NCBI GenBank assembly: GCA_965140585.1
Contig: OZ223269.1
Coordinates: 1,184,001 to 1,248,000, forward strand
Length of the DNA: 64,000 nucleotides
Direction: 5' to 3'
Origin: Spirochaetia bacterium
Lineage (GTDB): Bacteria > Spirochaetota > Spirochaetia > UBA9216
Below, in pieces: positions 42,765-53,449 of this stretch. The notes under the pieces were generated by a model. The model had not been told where the DNA came from. It was given only the letters and a program-made list of their open reading frames with translations, and ran no database searches. Every line of letters starts with the position of its first letter. Position 1 is the first letter of the stretch. Position numbers and translations under genes: made by a program.

Positions 42765-44672
42765 TTAATTGTCTATATAATCTTTCAGCCGTCTGCTTCT
42801 TTTCGGGTGTCGCAACCTTCTTAAAGCTTTGGCTTCAATCTGTCTAATTCTTTCTCTTGTAACATTAAAATAGAGACCGACTTCTTCAAGAGTCAGCGAA
42901 TATCCGTCTTCAAGTCCAAACCGCATTTTAAGAACCTCCTGCTCTCGCGGCGGAAGTGTGCAGAGTACATCCTGCAGCTGTTCCTGAAGAAGTTTAAATG
43001 CAGTCTGATTTGCCGGGTTCTCTACGTCTTTATCCTCAATGAAATCACCAAGAAGCGAATCTTCTTCTTCTCCTATCGGAGTTTCCAGAGAAATAGGTTC
43101 GCGGGCAACATTTTTTACTGATTTTACCCTAAGGACGGACCAGCCCAGTCTGTCTGCGATTTCCTCATCAGTCGGTTCCCGCCCAAGCAGCTGCATAAGC
43201 TGTCTTGATTCTCTAACGACCTTGTTTATCTGCTCAATCATATGAACAGGAACACGGATTGTTCTTGCCTGATCGGAAATAGATCTTGTAATAGCCTGTC
43301 TAATCCACCATGTAGCATAGGTGGAAAATTTATATCCCTTGCGGTATTCAAATTTCTCAACAGCCTTGATAAGTCCGATATTTCCTTCCTGAACAAGATC
43401 AAAGAAATGAAGTCCGCGGTTAGTGTATTTTTTTGCAATACTGACAACAAGTCTAAGGTTAGCCTGAATTAGGCGATCCTTGGCTTTTTTCATCATACTT
43501 TTTCCGCGTTCTATCTCTTCGGAACGTTCAATGATTCGATCTATATTTTCTTCAAATTCGATCTCAATCTGACTGAGTTTTTTCTCCGCAACCTGAACCT
43601 GTCTGATCTTTTCTTTAATCTCCTCAGAGTTCATACAAAGATCTTCTTCAATTTCGCGTCGTTTTTCAGTTTGAGCTAGGCCTCTTCCGAGCGTACGTAG
43701 TTCACGCATACTGTTTACACGAAGTCTTCGCTCAATCTTCTGCTGTTTTTTCCGGTATTTAGTGATTTTTTCAGCTGCTATAGTAAAACGATCTGAAAAA
43801 TACAGAATTTCTTCCTGGTGGATATCAATAGCCTGTATTTTTTTAAGCATAGTCTTACGCTTCTTTAAAAGCTGCTCATCAACTATAATATCTCCACCCT
43901 TTTCAACTATATCTTCTTTCATTTCCATATAGCCTTTAAGCTGCGGTCGAATCTCTTTCAGATTTTCCCGGTAGAACTGAGTAAGTCTTCTTCTTTCTGC
44001 TAGAAATTCCGAAATTTCCTTTTTGGTAAGATCAAGCTCTCTCGGATCAACCTTGGAATACGTTTTAAGCATCAAATTGTAGAATTCGGGAATAATCATT
44101 CCTGAATTTTTAATCACGACCTTGATTATATTTTCACCTTCTTCCATCTGTTTGGAAAGTTCAACTTCCTGTTCAGCCGTAAGAAGATTTTCTTTGCCTA
44201 TTTCACGAAGATACAGTCTGATTGGATCATCGATTGAAGAATCTTTATCGCTGTAAACAATTCTCTTTTTACCTGAGCCCTGTTCATCCTCGTCATCTTC
44301 TTCATCGTTGTCTTCGCTGTCTTCATCGTCTTCTTCATCAAGGTCTTCTTCGTCGTCAACATCATCGTCACCGTCTACAAGATCTTCATCATCAGGTTCA
44401 TCTTCCGGAAGTTCCTCATCAGCAATGTCTTCTTCTTCATCAAACATTTCATCGATTTCTTCCGGCGCTTCATCTGATGACGGCGGTACTGCTGAATCAT
44501 CTACAATCGAGACCTTATTCTTTTCAAGCAAAGTCATTACTTCTTCTATTTTCTCAGAATTGACAATATTCTCCGGAAGGAGATCATTTATCTCATCATA
44601 AGTGATAGTTTTCTTGTTCTTTGCGTATTCAATTAATTTTTCTACAGCAGGTTCGGTCTGCAATTCTGACAT
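42765..44672 (-). CDS. rpoD: RNA polymerase primary sigma factor
   Basis: Region 1.1; [11 protein letters not shown]; [12 protein letters not shown]; [15 protein letters not shown]; TRERIRQIE. Confidence 0.99.
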   Translation of the reverse strand: MSELQTEPAVEKLIEYAKNKKTITYDEINDLLPENIVNSEKIEEVMTLLEKNKVSIVDDSAVPPSSDEAPEEIDEMFDEEEDIADEELPEDEPDDEDLVDGDDDVDDEEDLDEEDDEDSEDNDEEDDEDEQGSGKKRIVYSDKDSSIDDPIRLYLREIGKENLLTAEQEVELSKQMEEGENIIKVVIKNSGMIIPEFYNLMLKTYSKVDPRELDLTKKEISEFLAERRRLTQFYRENLKEIRPQLKGYMEMKEDIVEKGGDIIVDEQLLKKRKTMLKKIQAIDIHQEEILYFSDRFTIAAEKITKYRKKQQKIERRLRVNSMRELRTLGRGLAQTEKRREIEEDLCMNSEEIKEKIRQVQVAEKKLSQIEIEFEENIDRIIERSEEIERGKSMMKKAKDRLIQANLRLVVSIAKKYTNRGLHFFDLVQEGNIGLIKAVEKFEYRKGYKFSTYATWWIRQAITRSISDQARTIRVPVHMIEQINKVVRESRQLMQLLGREPTDEEIADRLGWSVLRVKSVKNVAREPISLETPIGEEEDSLLGDFIEDKDVENPANQTAFKLLQEQLQDVLCTLPPREQEVLKMRFGLEDGYSLTLEEVGLYFNVTRERIRQIEAKALRRLRHPKRSRRLKDYIDN

Positions 44673-46426
44673 TATATTCCCAACCTCAGTTTTTCAATTT
44701 CACGATCAATAAAGATCTTTTCTGATAGAAGTTTAACTTCGTCCTCTTCATTATTTTCCTTAGACAGCTTTTTTAATTTTAGTACAATTTCTTCCTTTTT
44801 CCTCAAAAGACTTTTATTTTTTATCTTTTTTACAGTATCTTTAATAATTTCTTCAGAATTGATACTGTATTCTCCGGAAGTAAGCTTCTGTGTAAGCAGA
44901 GAAACAACTTCACGGTCTTCTATTCTATCGAATAAGTCTTCCAAACCATTCAGATTTTTCCGGTAACATTCTTCCAATGCTATATAGATACCTCTTGCAT
45001 TGCCGTCCAACAGGTCCTCGGTGTCTATCCTTTTACGTACATAAGGATACTGCTCCCTGTTAGAAGCCAGTGCAATCATCAGAAACATTTCTGCTGAGAT
45101 TTCTGTTCTCTTATTCGTTGTTTTAGTTTCGTGCTGCGAAACCTTACCAGGATTCCGCCCCCTTTTTGTGACATCCGTTGAGACAGAGTAAAAATCAACA
45201 CCAAGCCTGTCAGCTATCTCTGTCATACAGCTGTTTTTACGTACTTCTGATGACAGGCTGTTCAGATATTCTTCGAGCCTATTAATTACAGCTTCTTTAC
45301 CTTCAGGTGTTGAAATATCTGATTCTTCTGCTGCGTTATCAAGAATATAGTCAAAGCTATTTATATTAGATTTTAAGACTTTTTGCAATGCCTTTTCACC
45401 TTCATTTAACAGTATATCGGCAGGATCAGCTTTTTCCGGTAGTATGATAACTTCTGAAAGCAGATTATTTTTTTCACAGGTTATAATAGCCTTTTGTGTT
45501 GCTTTTTTTCCCGCTGAATCTCCGTCAAAACAGATTAATATCTTATCAGCATATCTTTTTAAAACATTAGCCTGATTATCCGTATATGCAGTACCCAGGG
45601 GGGCAACTGCATTAGAGACTCCAGCCTGATGCATGGCTATTACATCAAGTTGACCTTCACATAGAACTGCATTTTTATTCTCTCTAATCGTTTTTATCGC
45701 GTGACTCAAACCATAAAGATTACTTTTTTTCAGGAAGATCTCAGTCTCCGGTGAATTGATATATTTAGGACCATTGTCTTCAAGAGTTCTTCCGCTGAAT
45801 GCGATAACATCTCCAATATTATTGGTAATCGGAAACATAATCCTTGCAGAAAACAACGGATAATATATACCGCGTGATGAAAAAATTCCGCTTTCTTCAA
45901 GGAAGTCTTTTGAATATCCTTTTTCTGTCAGGAACTTCCTCAGCCAGCTTCGATCAACCGGAGCCCACCCAATCTGAAACTTTTCAACAACATCATCAGT
46001 CAGGCCCCTCAGCTTCAGGTAGGCTCTGGCTACTTCAGCTTCACCGGATGTTTTCAGAATATAATGAAACGAGCCTGCAACCCGTCGGTACAGCTCTTTT
46101 AAAGCTTCACGTTTTTTATTATCGCCGGAGTTTTCGTATCGATCATTGACTTCGACACCTGCTTTCTTTCCAAGAAATTTAAGAGCTTCAGGAAATGTCA
46201 TATTTTCCATTTCCATTACAAAATCAAATATAGTCCCGCCCTTATGACAGCCAAAACAGTAAAAAAGATTTCTTTCCGGAGTAACCGAAAATGACGGAGT
46301 CTTCTCATTATGGAAAGGACATAATCCGACATATTTGGTTCCAGCACGTTTAAGAGTGACATACTGCCCTATGAGATCTACTATATTTATTCTGTTACTA
46401 ATTTCTTCTCTGGCGTTACTTTTCAT
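44672..46426 (-). CDS. dnaG: DNA primase
   Basis: [11 protein letters not shown] zinc finger; KYINSPET; TOPRIM EGQLD and DGDSAG. Confidence 0.98.
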   Translation of the reverse strand: MKSNAREEISNRINIVDLIGQYVTLKRAGTKYVGLCPFHNEKTPSFSVTPERNLFYCFGCHKGGTIFDFVMEMENMTFPEALKFLGKKAGVEVNDRYENSGDNKKREALKELYRRVAGSFHYILKTSGEAEVARAYLKLRGLTDDVVEKFQIGWAPVDRSWLRKFLTEKGYSKDFLEESGIFSSRGIYYPLFSARIMFPITNNIGDVIAFSGRTLEDNGPKYINSPETEIFLKKSNLYGLSHAIKTIRENKNAVLCEGQLDVIAMHQAGVSNAVAPLGTAYTDNQANVLKRYADKILICFDGDSAGKKATQKAIITCEKNNLLSEVIILPEKADPADILLNEGEKALQKVLKSNINSFDYILDNAAEESDISTPEGKEAVINRLEEYLNSLSSEVRKNSCMTEIADRLGVDFYSVSTDVTKRGRNPGKVSQHETKTTNKRTEISAEMFLMIALASNREQYPYVRKRIDTEDLLDGNARGIYIALEECYRKNLNGLEDLFDRIEDREVVSLLTQKLTSGEYSINSEEIIKDTVKKIKNKSLLRKKEEIVLKLKKLSKENNEEDEVKLLSEKIFIDREIEKLRLGI

Positions 46427-47412
46427 TTTCCCTTTATATAAAGTTCATAAGATCTGTTGTGCTCGTCAAGTGTTTTTGAAAATACATGTTTTCCTGCCTG
46501 AGGATCTTCGAGAAGAAAATATAGATAATCGGTATGTTCAGGGTTAAAAGCAGCATTCAATGCAGTTTTTCCAGGATTGCAGATGGGCCCCGGCGGCAGT
46601 CCGCGGTTTATATAAGTATTAAAAGGGCTCTCAATGTCGAGATCCTGATAGTATATTTTCTCAGGATGGGGTTTTCCCTGAATTTCTGTAATTACATAGA
46701 CAACAGTTGCACATGAACCGAGGTACATATTTTTTTCAATGCGATTATAAAAAACAGAGGCTATATAAGGGGCTTCTTCGGCTCTTCTGTATTCTCTTTC
46801 AACAATTGAAGCCACTATTATTTTTTGATAAAGTTCTTCCTCACTGTAATCACCGTATGAAGGATATATTCCTTCAAGAACTGAAAAAAAAGATTCTTTC
46901 ATATAATCGGCCGCTTTTTCTGCCGGGTATTCTTTCGGAAAATAATAAGTATCAGGATATAAAAATCCTTCTAAATTATTCTCTTTCACATAATTAATGA
47001 ATTCTGATGATTCACAAATTCCATTTTTCTCAAGTATCTCAGCAATCGCCGTTGAAGTTAATCCTTCTGTAATAGTCACTTTGAACAACTCTTGCTCACC
47101 TTTTACAAGCAGATTAACTATCTCGGCAGTTGTTTTACCTTTCTCAATACTGTACAGCCCTGTTTTAATCATTCCGGAGGTATGGTTAAACCTTGAATAC
47201 AGCCTGAAAAAATCAGAACTCCTGATTAAGCCCTGATTAACAAGGTTGACAGCTATATCACCGGCCGAGTCACCTTTATTAACCTTAAAAACAGTCTGTT
47301 CCGGCATACCTTCCGGCGGAGAGTTCAGGTTACTGATAAAGATGCCGCCGGCCAAAGCAGCCAGCAGCATTATTCCTGCGAGAAAAAATAAAACTTTAAA
47401 AACAGCTTTCAT
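46423..47412 (-). CDS. mltG: Endolytic transglycosylase MltG
   Basis: LEGFLYPDTY, ASIVERE, VFYNR, SPFNTY...GLPPGPICNPG. Confidence 0.96.
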   Translation of the reverse strand: MKAVFKVLFFLAGIMLLAALAGGIFISNLNSPPEGMPEQTVFKVNKGDSAGDIAVNLVNQGLIRSSDFFRLYSRFNHTSGMIKTGLYSIEKGKTTAEIVNLLVKGEQELFKVTITEGLTSTAIAEILEKNGICESSEFINYVKENNLEGFLYPDTYYFPKEYPAEKAADYMKESFFSVLEGIYPSYGDYSEEELYQKIIVASIVEREYRRAEEAPYIASVFYNRIEKNMYLGSCATVVYVITEIQGKPHPEKIYYQDLDIESPFNTYINRGLPPGPICNPGKTALNAAFNPEHTDYLYFLLEDPQAGKHVFSKTLDEHNRSYELYIKGK

Positions 47413-47422
47413 TGTGCTCCTG

Positions 47423-50400
47423 TTATTTTATTAGTATAAATTCAACCCTTCTGTTCTTCCATCTGTTATCCAAATCACTGTGCGGAACAATGGGGCTGCT
47501 TCCGCCTATACCGACAGTTGACATCCTCAGGCTGCTGATACCGAGTTTAGAAAGATAGTTCTTAACAGTTTCAGCTCTTGCCTTGGAGAGAGGCAGCAAT
47601 TCTTCCTCCTGCTCCTTTTTTGCCCTGGCGGAATCAGACCACCAGACACTTACTGCATGGCCTTCTATCATTATTTTATAGCTTTCATATTTTTTAAGAA
47701 TTTCAGAAAGACGGCCAAGTACATATTCATTTTTAGCCTTTATTTCAGCATCTGTTGTAAGAAGCTCCGGACTGTCCGGCGCAAATGTAATATTTGCAAT
47801 TCTAATCTTTAATTTATCACCTTCTCTTACTACCAGAACGTCAATAGGTATAATTCCATAACTCTCATTTGAATTACCGAACTCATCTGTAACTTTAAGT
47901 CTGTACGGATAATCCTCTGCAGCACCTACCAGTTCACCTGTAGAACTCAGCCCGTCCCAGATTATTCTGTCTGAAGGCTGTCCCTTTCCGGAAAAACTTG
48001 TAAAAGCATTTCCTTCACGGTCGACAATGTCCAGAGACCAGGAATCAATAGCGCTCATATCACTCACTGCAAGACTGATTGTAAGTTCATCATCTATTCC
48101 GTCATTATCAGGAGAGAAAGGCTGTGGAGTCATCGCAACTGTAACTTTAGGAGCTGTGATGTCCGAGCTGAATTCCTTTGTAAGTGATTCAGGAAGATTG
48201 CCCTTTTTAAACTCAACACGGTATCTGGCCTTAAAAACGCCTTCAACAACTTTTCCGCTGTCATCAGTACCATCCCAGATAATTTTTTCAGGCAGCACAG
48301 TTCCTTCAAATGTTTTTACAGGGCTGACTCCATTTTTAAGTATTTCAAAACTCCACTTTGCAACACCCTCTTTCAAAGTTGTCAATGTGCTGAACTCAAT
48401 TCTGTCATTTCTGCTGTCATTATTCGGAGTGAATCCGCTGCTCTCGGCAGTTGCAAAAACATTAACCTGACGTGTGTCTATTACAATAGCCGGCAATGTC
48501 TTTTCAGTTTTGTTGCCGGCTGTGTCAACTGCAACGATCGAGTAGATATATGAGCCATCTGCAACCTTGTTACCTTGATTATCAGTACCATCCCATGTAA
48601 ATGATTCAGCAGACCCCTTCCAAAGATATTCTTTTACCGTGTTTCCATTCTTATCTTTAATAACTCCGGTAAATAAATTCTCAGTACTTGTTTTCTGACT
48701 TACTGTTATAGAGTCCTTCCTGTTATCGGAATCCGGAGAAAACAGAAGGTATTCTGCATTTATATCAATTGCCGGATAGACAGTGTCAATAACAAACTCT
48801 CTTGAAACTGCCTTTGAGATATCACCTTTTTCATATACAACCTCAAGCTCAGCCTGATATGTGCCGTCAACAGCTTTTCGTCCGTCATCGGTGAATCCAT
48901 CCCAGGTAAACTCCTTTTTAAGAGCACCCCGGCCCGTTATCTTTTTGATAGCTTTTCCGCTGCTGTCCTTAACATTTATGGTATATGACTGTATTCCGGC
49001 GGTTACATTGAGTACCGGACTGAATGTTATAATATCTTTTGTACCGTCACCGTCCGGTGAAAAAGCTTCTGTTCCTGCGGTAATTATTACCGGGGTGGCT
49101 TCAGTATCAAGCGAAAGTTTCAATTCCGTTGAATTACCGGTATTTCCGGCGCGATCCGAGGTATAAAGTCTGTAGCTGTAGTCGCCGTCTGCTGCAAGTT
49201 TACCATCATCGGTATATCCCAGCCACTCTATTGACTGATCTGCATTGCTGACCCATTTATAAGATTTTACGACTGCGCCTTCACCGTCGGTAATCTGACC
49301 ATACCAGACATCTTCTGTTGACGTCTCCTGATATATTACAACTGAATCCTTTTTTCCGTCTCCGTTGGGGCTGAAAATCTTAAGTGAAGCACTGGTTGAA
49401 GCCCTTGGAGCAGTCTTATCCACGGTAATCTGAGGAGAGTCTGTTACCGGCCGGTTTCCGTTTATATAAATAATCTGAAGAGTGGCTTTATATAATCCCT
49501 CGTCAAGATATTGACCTGAATCATTTTTTCCGTCAAAACTCACAATCGCGGGAACTTCAGATGCGCCTGAAAAAGTTCTGACAACAAGCCCGTTATTATT
49601 TCTTACCGTAAGTCTCCATTCAGTTATACCTGTTTTCACTGGAATTTCAGGCTGAAATACCAGTGTTTCTTTAGAACCGCTGATTCCGGGGGCAATATAT
49701 GCATTATCGAGGCTTAAAGAAATAGGTGTAGACTGGGTATTTATTATAATATTTGAAAGTTCACCTTCAGTTGAATTACCGGCTCGGTCAGTACTTGAAA
49801 TGTAATAGAAATATACGCCATCCGGAAGAAGAAGTTTTTTATCATCTTTACCATCCCAGCTGAATGTTTCAGGGCTCTGTTTCTGCCAGACAAAGTTCTT
49901 CATAACCTTTCCGGATGTGTTCTTAATAACAGCATTCCAGCTGTCTTCTCCGGATCCTGACTGAGTAATTTCAAGTTCATCCTTGTTACCGTCGTTATTT
50001 GGGCTGAAAATTTTATTATCAGAGTTGATGTCTCCGATTGCTAATTCCGGTGCAGTATTATCAACAACGATTGCATATTTGGAAGTAGTTGAAATATTAT
50101 TATTATCATCCCAGGCCTGCATATAAAAAATATAAACACCGTCATCAACTACAGAACCGTTGTTATTCATTCCGTCCCATCGGATACTATCCGGAATATC
50201 AACTCCTTTTTCAACATAAAAAAGCCTTAAAAAGAAATTTGCGATTCCGGAGGTATTTTCAGGACGTTTTTCCTTGTTTTCAATACGTTTAACTTCATTG
50301 CCTTTCTCATCTTCTATTATGAAGGCAAATCCCTTTATATACCTTGAATCTGTAATTTTAACCGGAATTGTAATTTCATCCTTGATTCCATCATTATTCG

Positions 50401-51658
50401 GTGAAATATAGGCGATTATTTTTTCATCATCAGGACCGGCATTGATATTTCCTGGATTATCCGATGATTTTTTTACCGATTTGCTTACAGCATCATTGAC
50501 TGCTCTTTTTTCAACAGTTTTTTTTAAAACGGCAGATTTGTCCCTTCCTCCATCATCATACGGAGGAAAAACAAAACTTACATTATCAGAGCTCTGATCA
50601 TCCTGAGTTGCATCCTGATCTTCAACAGCCTCTTCAAAGCCAGAAAGATCAAGTTCGATTGCCGGTGCATCCCTATCAACAACTCCGAGATTCAGCACCG
50701 CACCGGCGCCGACCGACCAGAGATCATTTGCCATAGGTGATGCGGCAACAGTTGTCTGGACATCACTCTGCCCCCAGCCCCGTTCGGCAAGGCTGAGAAA
50801 ATCATCATCCTTATTAAAGTTGGTTGTAAGATCAACATATATACCGAATGCGGGGATAAGCGCCGATGCATCGCCTGCTACGAGCTCACGTACATCCAGT
50901 GCAGCTGTGGTTTTCAGACCTATAAAGTCAAAAAATTTGGCATCAGCACCAAGACTCAGTCTCATATTTATATTGTCAAAATTAAAAAGCGAAGGGATAA
51001 TCAAATCAGAGTTCAAAGCGAGAAATATATTATCTGTATTAACCAGATCAAAGGCTGCGCCTCCGCCGATGGTGAAAGGAGATGATATATCTGTTGTTGC
51101 AAATCCGGAATACCCGAAGTTGTTCAAGGCCGCAGCCCATCGAAAATCCTTCATGAAGGAGATATCGCCTTCATATTTTATAAATCCTATATCTGCGCCA
51201 AGATACCAGCTTTCGCCGGCAGTAAAATCAATACCGATTCCTGCTAAAAGGTCCGGATACAGTTCTTTTGCAAATGAAGCACTTAATCCGCCCTGAAATG
51301 TTCCGGGATTAATTTCAGTCAATGAAGTATTAGTCCCCATAAGAAAACCGTTACCTGTAATTACACCGGCACGTGTCGGGTAAGAAAGCCCCAACCCGAA
51401 GGCACTGCCGTCATATCCGGAATCTGCGGCATCTCCGAACAGTGATGTAAAATTAATTTCAGCGGTGATTCTCTGCTGCAAGGCAGATGCAGCCGGATTG
51501 ATGATATCAGCAGACGGAGATTCCGTAGAGGTATAGCTGCCGCCGGTAAGGGTCAGAGACGGCGATCTTAAAAGATTAGCGGTTTCATTTCCTTCAGCGG
51601 AGATTACTGCTGCGGTTAAAATTGAAATTAAAAAAAACAGAACTTTCTTTTTCATCAT
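47423..51658 (-). CDS. Large envelope protein: putative beta-barrel + 8 FlgD-Ig-like repeats + OmpA_C peptidoglycan-binding domain
   Basis: Signal peptide; NPA motif and amphipathic strands; eight (F/I)SPxxDGxxD...WDG repeats; C-terminal IEGHA..LS..RA..V..YL..NRRVEF; AAGGAAGG RBS supports ATG 51658. Confidence 0.85.
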   Translation of the reverse strand: MMKKKVLFFLISILTAAVISAEGNETANLLRSPSLTLTGGSYTSTESPSADIINPAASALQQRITAEINFTSLFGDAADSGYDGSAFGLGLSYPTRAGVITGNGFLMGTNTSLTEINPGTFQGGLSASFAKELYPDLLAGIGIDFTAGESWYLGADIGFIKYEGDISFMKDFRWAAALNNFGYSGFATTDISSPFTIGGGAAFDLVNTDNIFLALNSDLIIPSLFNFDNINMRLSLGADAKFFDFIGLKTTAALDVRELVAGDASALIPAFGIYVDLTTNFNKDDDFLSLAERGWGQSDVQTTVAASPMANDLWSVGAGAVLNLGVVDRDAPAIELDLSGFEEAVEDQDATQDDQSSDNVSFVFPPYDDGGRDKSAVLKKTVEKRAVNDAVSKSVKKSSDNPGNINAGPDDEKIIAYISPNNDGIKDEITIPVKITDSRYIKGFAFIIEDEKGNEVKRIENKEKRPENTSGIANFFLRLFYVEKGVDIPDSIRWDGMNNNGSVVDDGVYIFYMQAWDDNNNISTTSKYAIVVDNTAPELAIGDINSDNKIFSPNNDGNKDELEITQSGSGEDSWNAVIKNTSGKVMKNFVWQKQSPETFSWDGKDDKKLLLPDGVYFYYISSTDRAGNSTEGELSNIIINTQSTPISLSLDNAYIAPGISGSKETLVFQPEIPVKTGITEWRLTVRNNNGLVVRTFSGASEVPAIVSFDGKNDSGQYLDEGLYKATLQIIYINGNRPVTDSPQITVDKTAPRASTSASLKIFSPNGDGKKDSVVIYQETSTEDVWYGQITDGEGAVVKSYKWVSNADQSIEWLGYTDDGKLAADGDYSYRLYTSDRAGNTGNSTELKLSLDTEATPVIITAGTEAFSPDGDGTKDIITFSPVLNVTAGIQSYTINVKDSSGKAIKKITGRGALKKEFTWDGFTDDGRKAVDGTYQAELEVVYEKGDISKAVSREFVIDTVYPAIDINAEYLLFSPDSDNRKDSITVSQKTSTENLFTGVIKDKNGNTVKEYLWKGSAESFTWDGTDNQGNKVADGSYIYSIVAVDTAGNKTEKTLPAIVIDTRQVNVFATAESSGFTPNNDSRNDRIEFSTLTTLKEGVAKWSFEILKNGVSPVKTFEGTVLPEKIIWDGTDDSGKVVEGVFKARYRVEFKKGNLPESLTKEFSSDITAPKVTVAMTPQPFSPDNDGIDDELTISLAVSDMSAIDSWSLDIVDREGNAFTSFSGKGQPSDRIIWDGLSSTGELVGAAEDYPYRLKVTDEFGNSNESYGIIPIDVLVVREGDKLKIRIANITFAPDSPELLTTDAEIKAKNEYVLGRLSEILKKYESYKIMIEGHAVSVWWSDSARAKKEQEEELLPLSKARAETVKNYLSKLGISSLRMSTVGIGGSSPIVPHSDLDNRWKNRRVEFILIK

Positions 51659-51688
51659 GTCCTTCCTTAAGGGTATCAAAGGAATTTA

Positions 51689-51883
51689 TCATTTTTTGAT
51701 TAAAAAATCAGAATTATTCTCATAAAGACTTTTAATGTTTTCCATTTCTTCTATAGAAAGAATGTCGTAAAGATATGTTTCGATGTCGTCATGAAGATCC
51801 TGCATATTTTTATCAAGCAGGTTTTCATGTTCCTTTAGAAAGAGATAAAGACCGGCGATTTTATGTCCTTCAACAGTAATCAA
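51689..51883 (-). CDS. Small hypothetical protein (64 aa)
   Basis: TTG start overlaps the upstream TGA; fills the gap inside a co-oriented run. Confidence 0.7.
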   Translation of the reverse strand: MITVEGHKIAGLYLFLKEHENLLDKNMQDLHDDIETYLYDILSIEEMENIKSLYENNSDFLIKK

Positions 51884-52821
51884 AGCTCAAACTCCAATTC
51901 TTCTTTGGCTAGAAAGATCTCCAGATCGCTGTTTTCTATATGCTTTTCATACCATTTCGCTGAATTGAGTATTTTATATATCTTTTTATCTTCATATTTT
52001 GGTTCATGATGAAAAAGCACCAGTTTGGGAACCTTCCATTCTGCGGCGAAGTCTACAGCAAGACTGTAGGATGAATGCCCCCAGTCATATTTTTCTATGG
52101 CTTCACCGAGTGTATACTGTGAATCAACTACAATTAAATCAGTATCCTTGTAAAATCTGATATTCTCTTCAGTTTTTTCAAAATCACGCTCTGTAAGCTC
52201 TGTATCAGTAGAGAAAATAAAAGTTTTACCGCCTTCCTCTATTCTATAAGAAAAACAGCCCCCAGGATGCTTAACCCTGCGCCAGGAAATCTCAGTAGGA
52301 CCTACTTTAATCGTATTTTCTTCCATATGGTGAAAATGCATTTCTGCAGCAAAATCATCCATGGTGACCGGAAAATAAGGATATTTCATCTGCTCTCTGA
52401 GATGTTTTTCAAGATCTTTAATTGGACTGTAGAAATGAAGTTTATATCCTTTTATATAAGCGGGGTCAAAAAACGGCAGTCCCTGAATATGATCCCAGTG
52501 AAAGTGAGTAAAAAATATATGAAGTTCTTTCACTTTATCATGTTTTTTAAGAATATCGATCCCCAGTTCTCTTATACCTGAACCTGCGTCAATAATGATA
52601 AGATTTCCGCTGTCGGGTCGAACCTCGATACATGTAGTATTTCCGCCGATTGTTTCAAGCAGATATGGAGGAACACTTGCAAGGAATGCATCCCGGCTTT
52701 CCTGAGAGACAAGATCTGACGGCTGAATTCTCTGTACAATAGCAGCAATCTTACTCTGCAGCTGAGAAGGTTTTACAGGCGTCGGTACAGAACCTCTGAC
52801 ACCCCAGAATTTTATTTTCAT
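51880..52821 (-). CDS. MBL-fold metallo-hydrolase
   Basis: FWGVRGS, GGNTTC, DAGSG, THFHWDHIQG, WGHS, FHHEP; start ATG 52821 or GTG 52830. Confidence 0.92.
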   Translation of the reverse strand: MKIKFWGVRGSVPTPVKPSQLQSKIAAIVQRIQPSDLVSQESRDAFLASVPPYLLETIGGNTTCIEVRPDSGNLIIIDAGSGIRELGIDILKKHDKVKELHIFFTHFHWDHIQGLPFFDPAYIKGYKLHFYSPIKDLEKHLREQMKYPYFPVTMDDFAAEMHFHHMEENTIKVGPTEISWRRVKHPGGCFSYRIEEGGKTFIFSTDTELTERDFEKTEENIRFYKDTDLIVVDSQYTLGEAIEKYDWGHSSYSLAVDFAAEWKVPKLVLFHHEPKYEDKKIYKILNSAKWYEKHIENSDLEIFLAKEELEFEL

Positions 52822-52840
52822 CGACACCACCCGGTCCGAA

Positions 52841-53281
52841 TTAAACTGTTAACAGTTTTTCATTCTGTCTCTGATTAACTCTGTCTTCAATTTCTTCATA
52901 AGAAACAACAGAGCCTTTATCAATGCCAGGACAGCTTTTTCCAAGCTCTTTCCATTCATCGACACTTCCGAGAAAACTGCTCCAGAACGGAAAGGTCCGG
53001 CACTGGACAGGTCTTATCCCGTAGACAGAACATCCATCATTTTCCCAGAAAATACAGTCATAATTCTTCTTCTCATTTAAACTTATTCGTTTTGTAACGC
53101 CTAAATCTATTACTCTGCAGTATTTTTCAAGGAAATCCTTTTCAGACAATTTAAAATGGGCTGACATATTTTCGAGGTCATTTTTCGAAATAAAGACATA
53201 CCCGGGATCAAACCTGCAGCATGCAGAACATCTCTGACATTCAAATCTAAGTCCGTCTTTATAGAAAATATCCTCAGTCAT
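52841..53281 (-). CDS. YkgJ family cysteine-cluster protein
   Basis: CQRCSACC, CIF..GCSVY..RPVQCRTFPFW, CPG; real start ATG 53281 (track ORF runs on through the tRNA). Confidence 0.9.
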   Translation of the reverse strand: MTEDIFYKDGLRFECQRCSACCRFDPGYVFISKNDLENMSAHFKLSEKDFLEKYCRVIDLGVTKRISLNEKKNYDCIFWENDGCSVYGIRPVQCRTFPFWSSFLGSVDEWKELGKSCPGIDKGSVVSYEEIEDRVNQRQNEKLLTV

Positions 53282-53329
53282 ATCCCTTCCAGTATCATTA
53301 TAAGCTACAAATAAAAACAAAAAAAGTCT

Positions 53330-53367
53330 AAAAAAAAAGCCTTTTCCCTGATTCAAGGAAAAGGCTT
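53330..53367 (-). terminator. Intrinsic terminator after tRNA-Tyr
   Basis: Minus strand aagccttttcc-loop-ggaaaaggctt followed by a T-tract. Confidence 0.85.
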
Positions 53368-53449
53368 TGGGGAGAGAAGGATTCGAACCTTCGAAGGCTG
53401 AGCCAACAGATTTACAGTCTGCCCCCTTTGGCCACTCGGGAACCTCCCC
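53368..53449 (-). tRNA. tRNA-Tyr (GTA), no encoded CCA
   Basis: GGGGAGG acceptor; anticodon arm GCAGA-CTGTAAA-TCTGT; long variable arm; GGTTCGAATCC T arm. Confidence 0.97.

Noticed and set aside
44270-44480. tcttca/tcgtca low-complexity repeats and Ser-rich antisense ORFs
   Set aside because: This is the Asp/Glu-rich linker of RpoD, not a DNA repeat element
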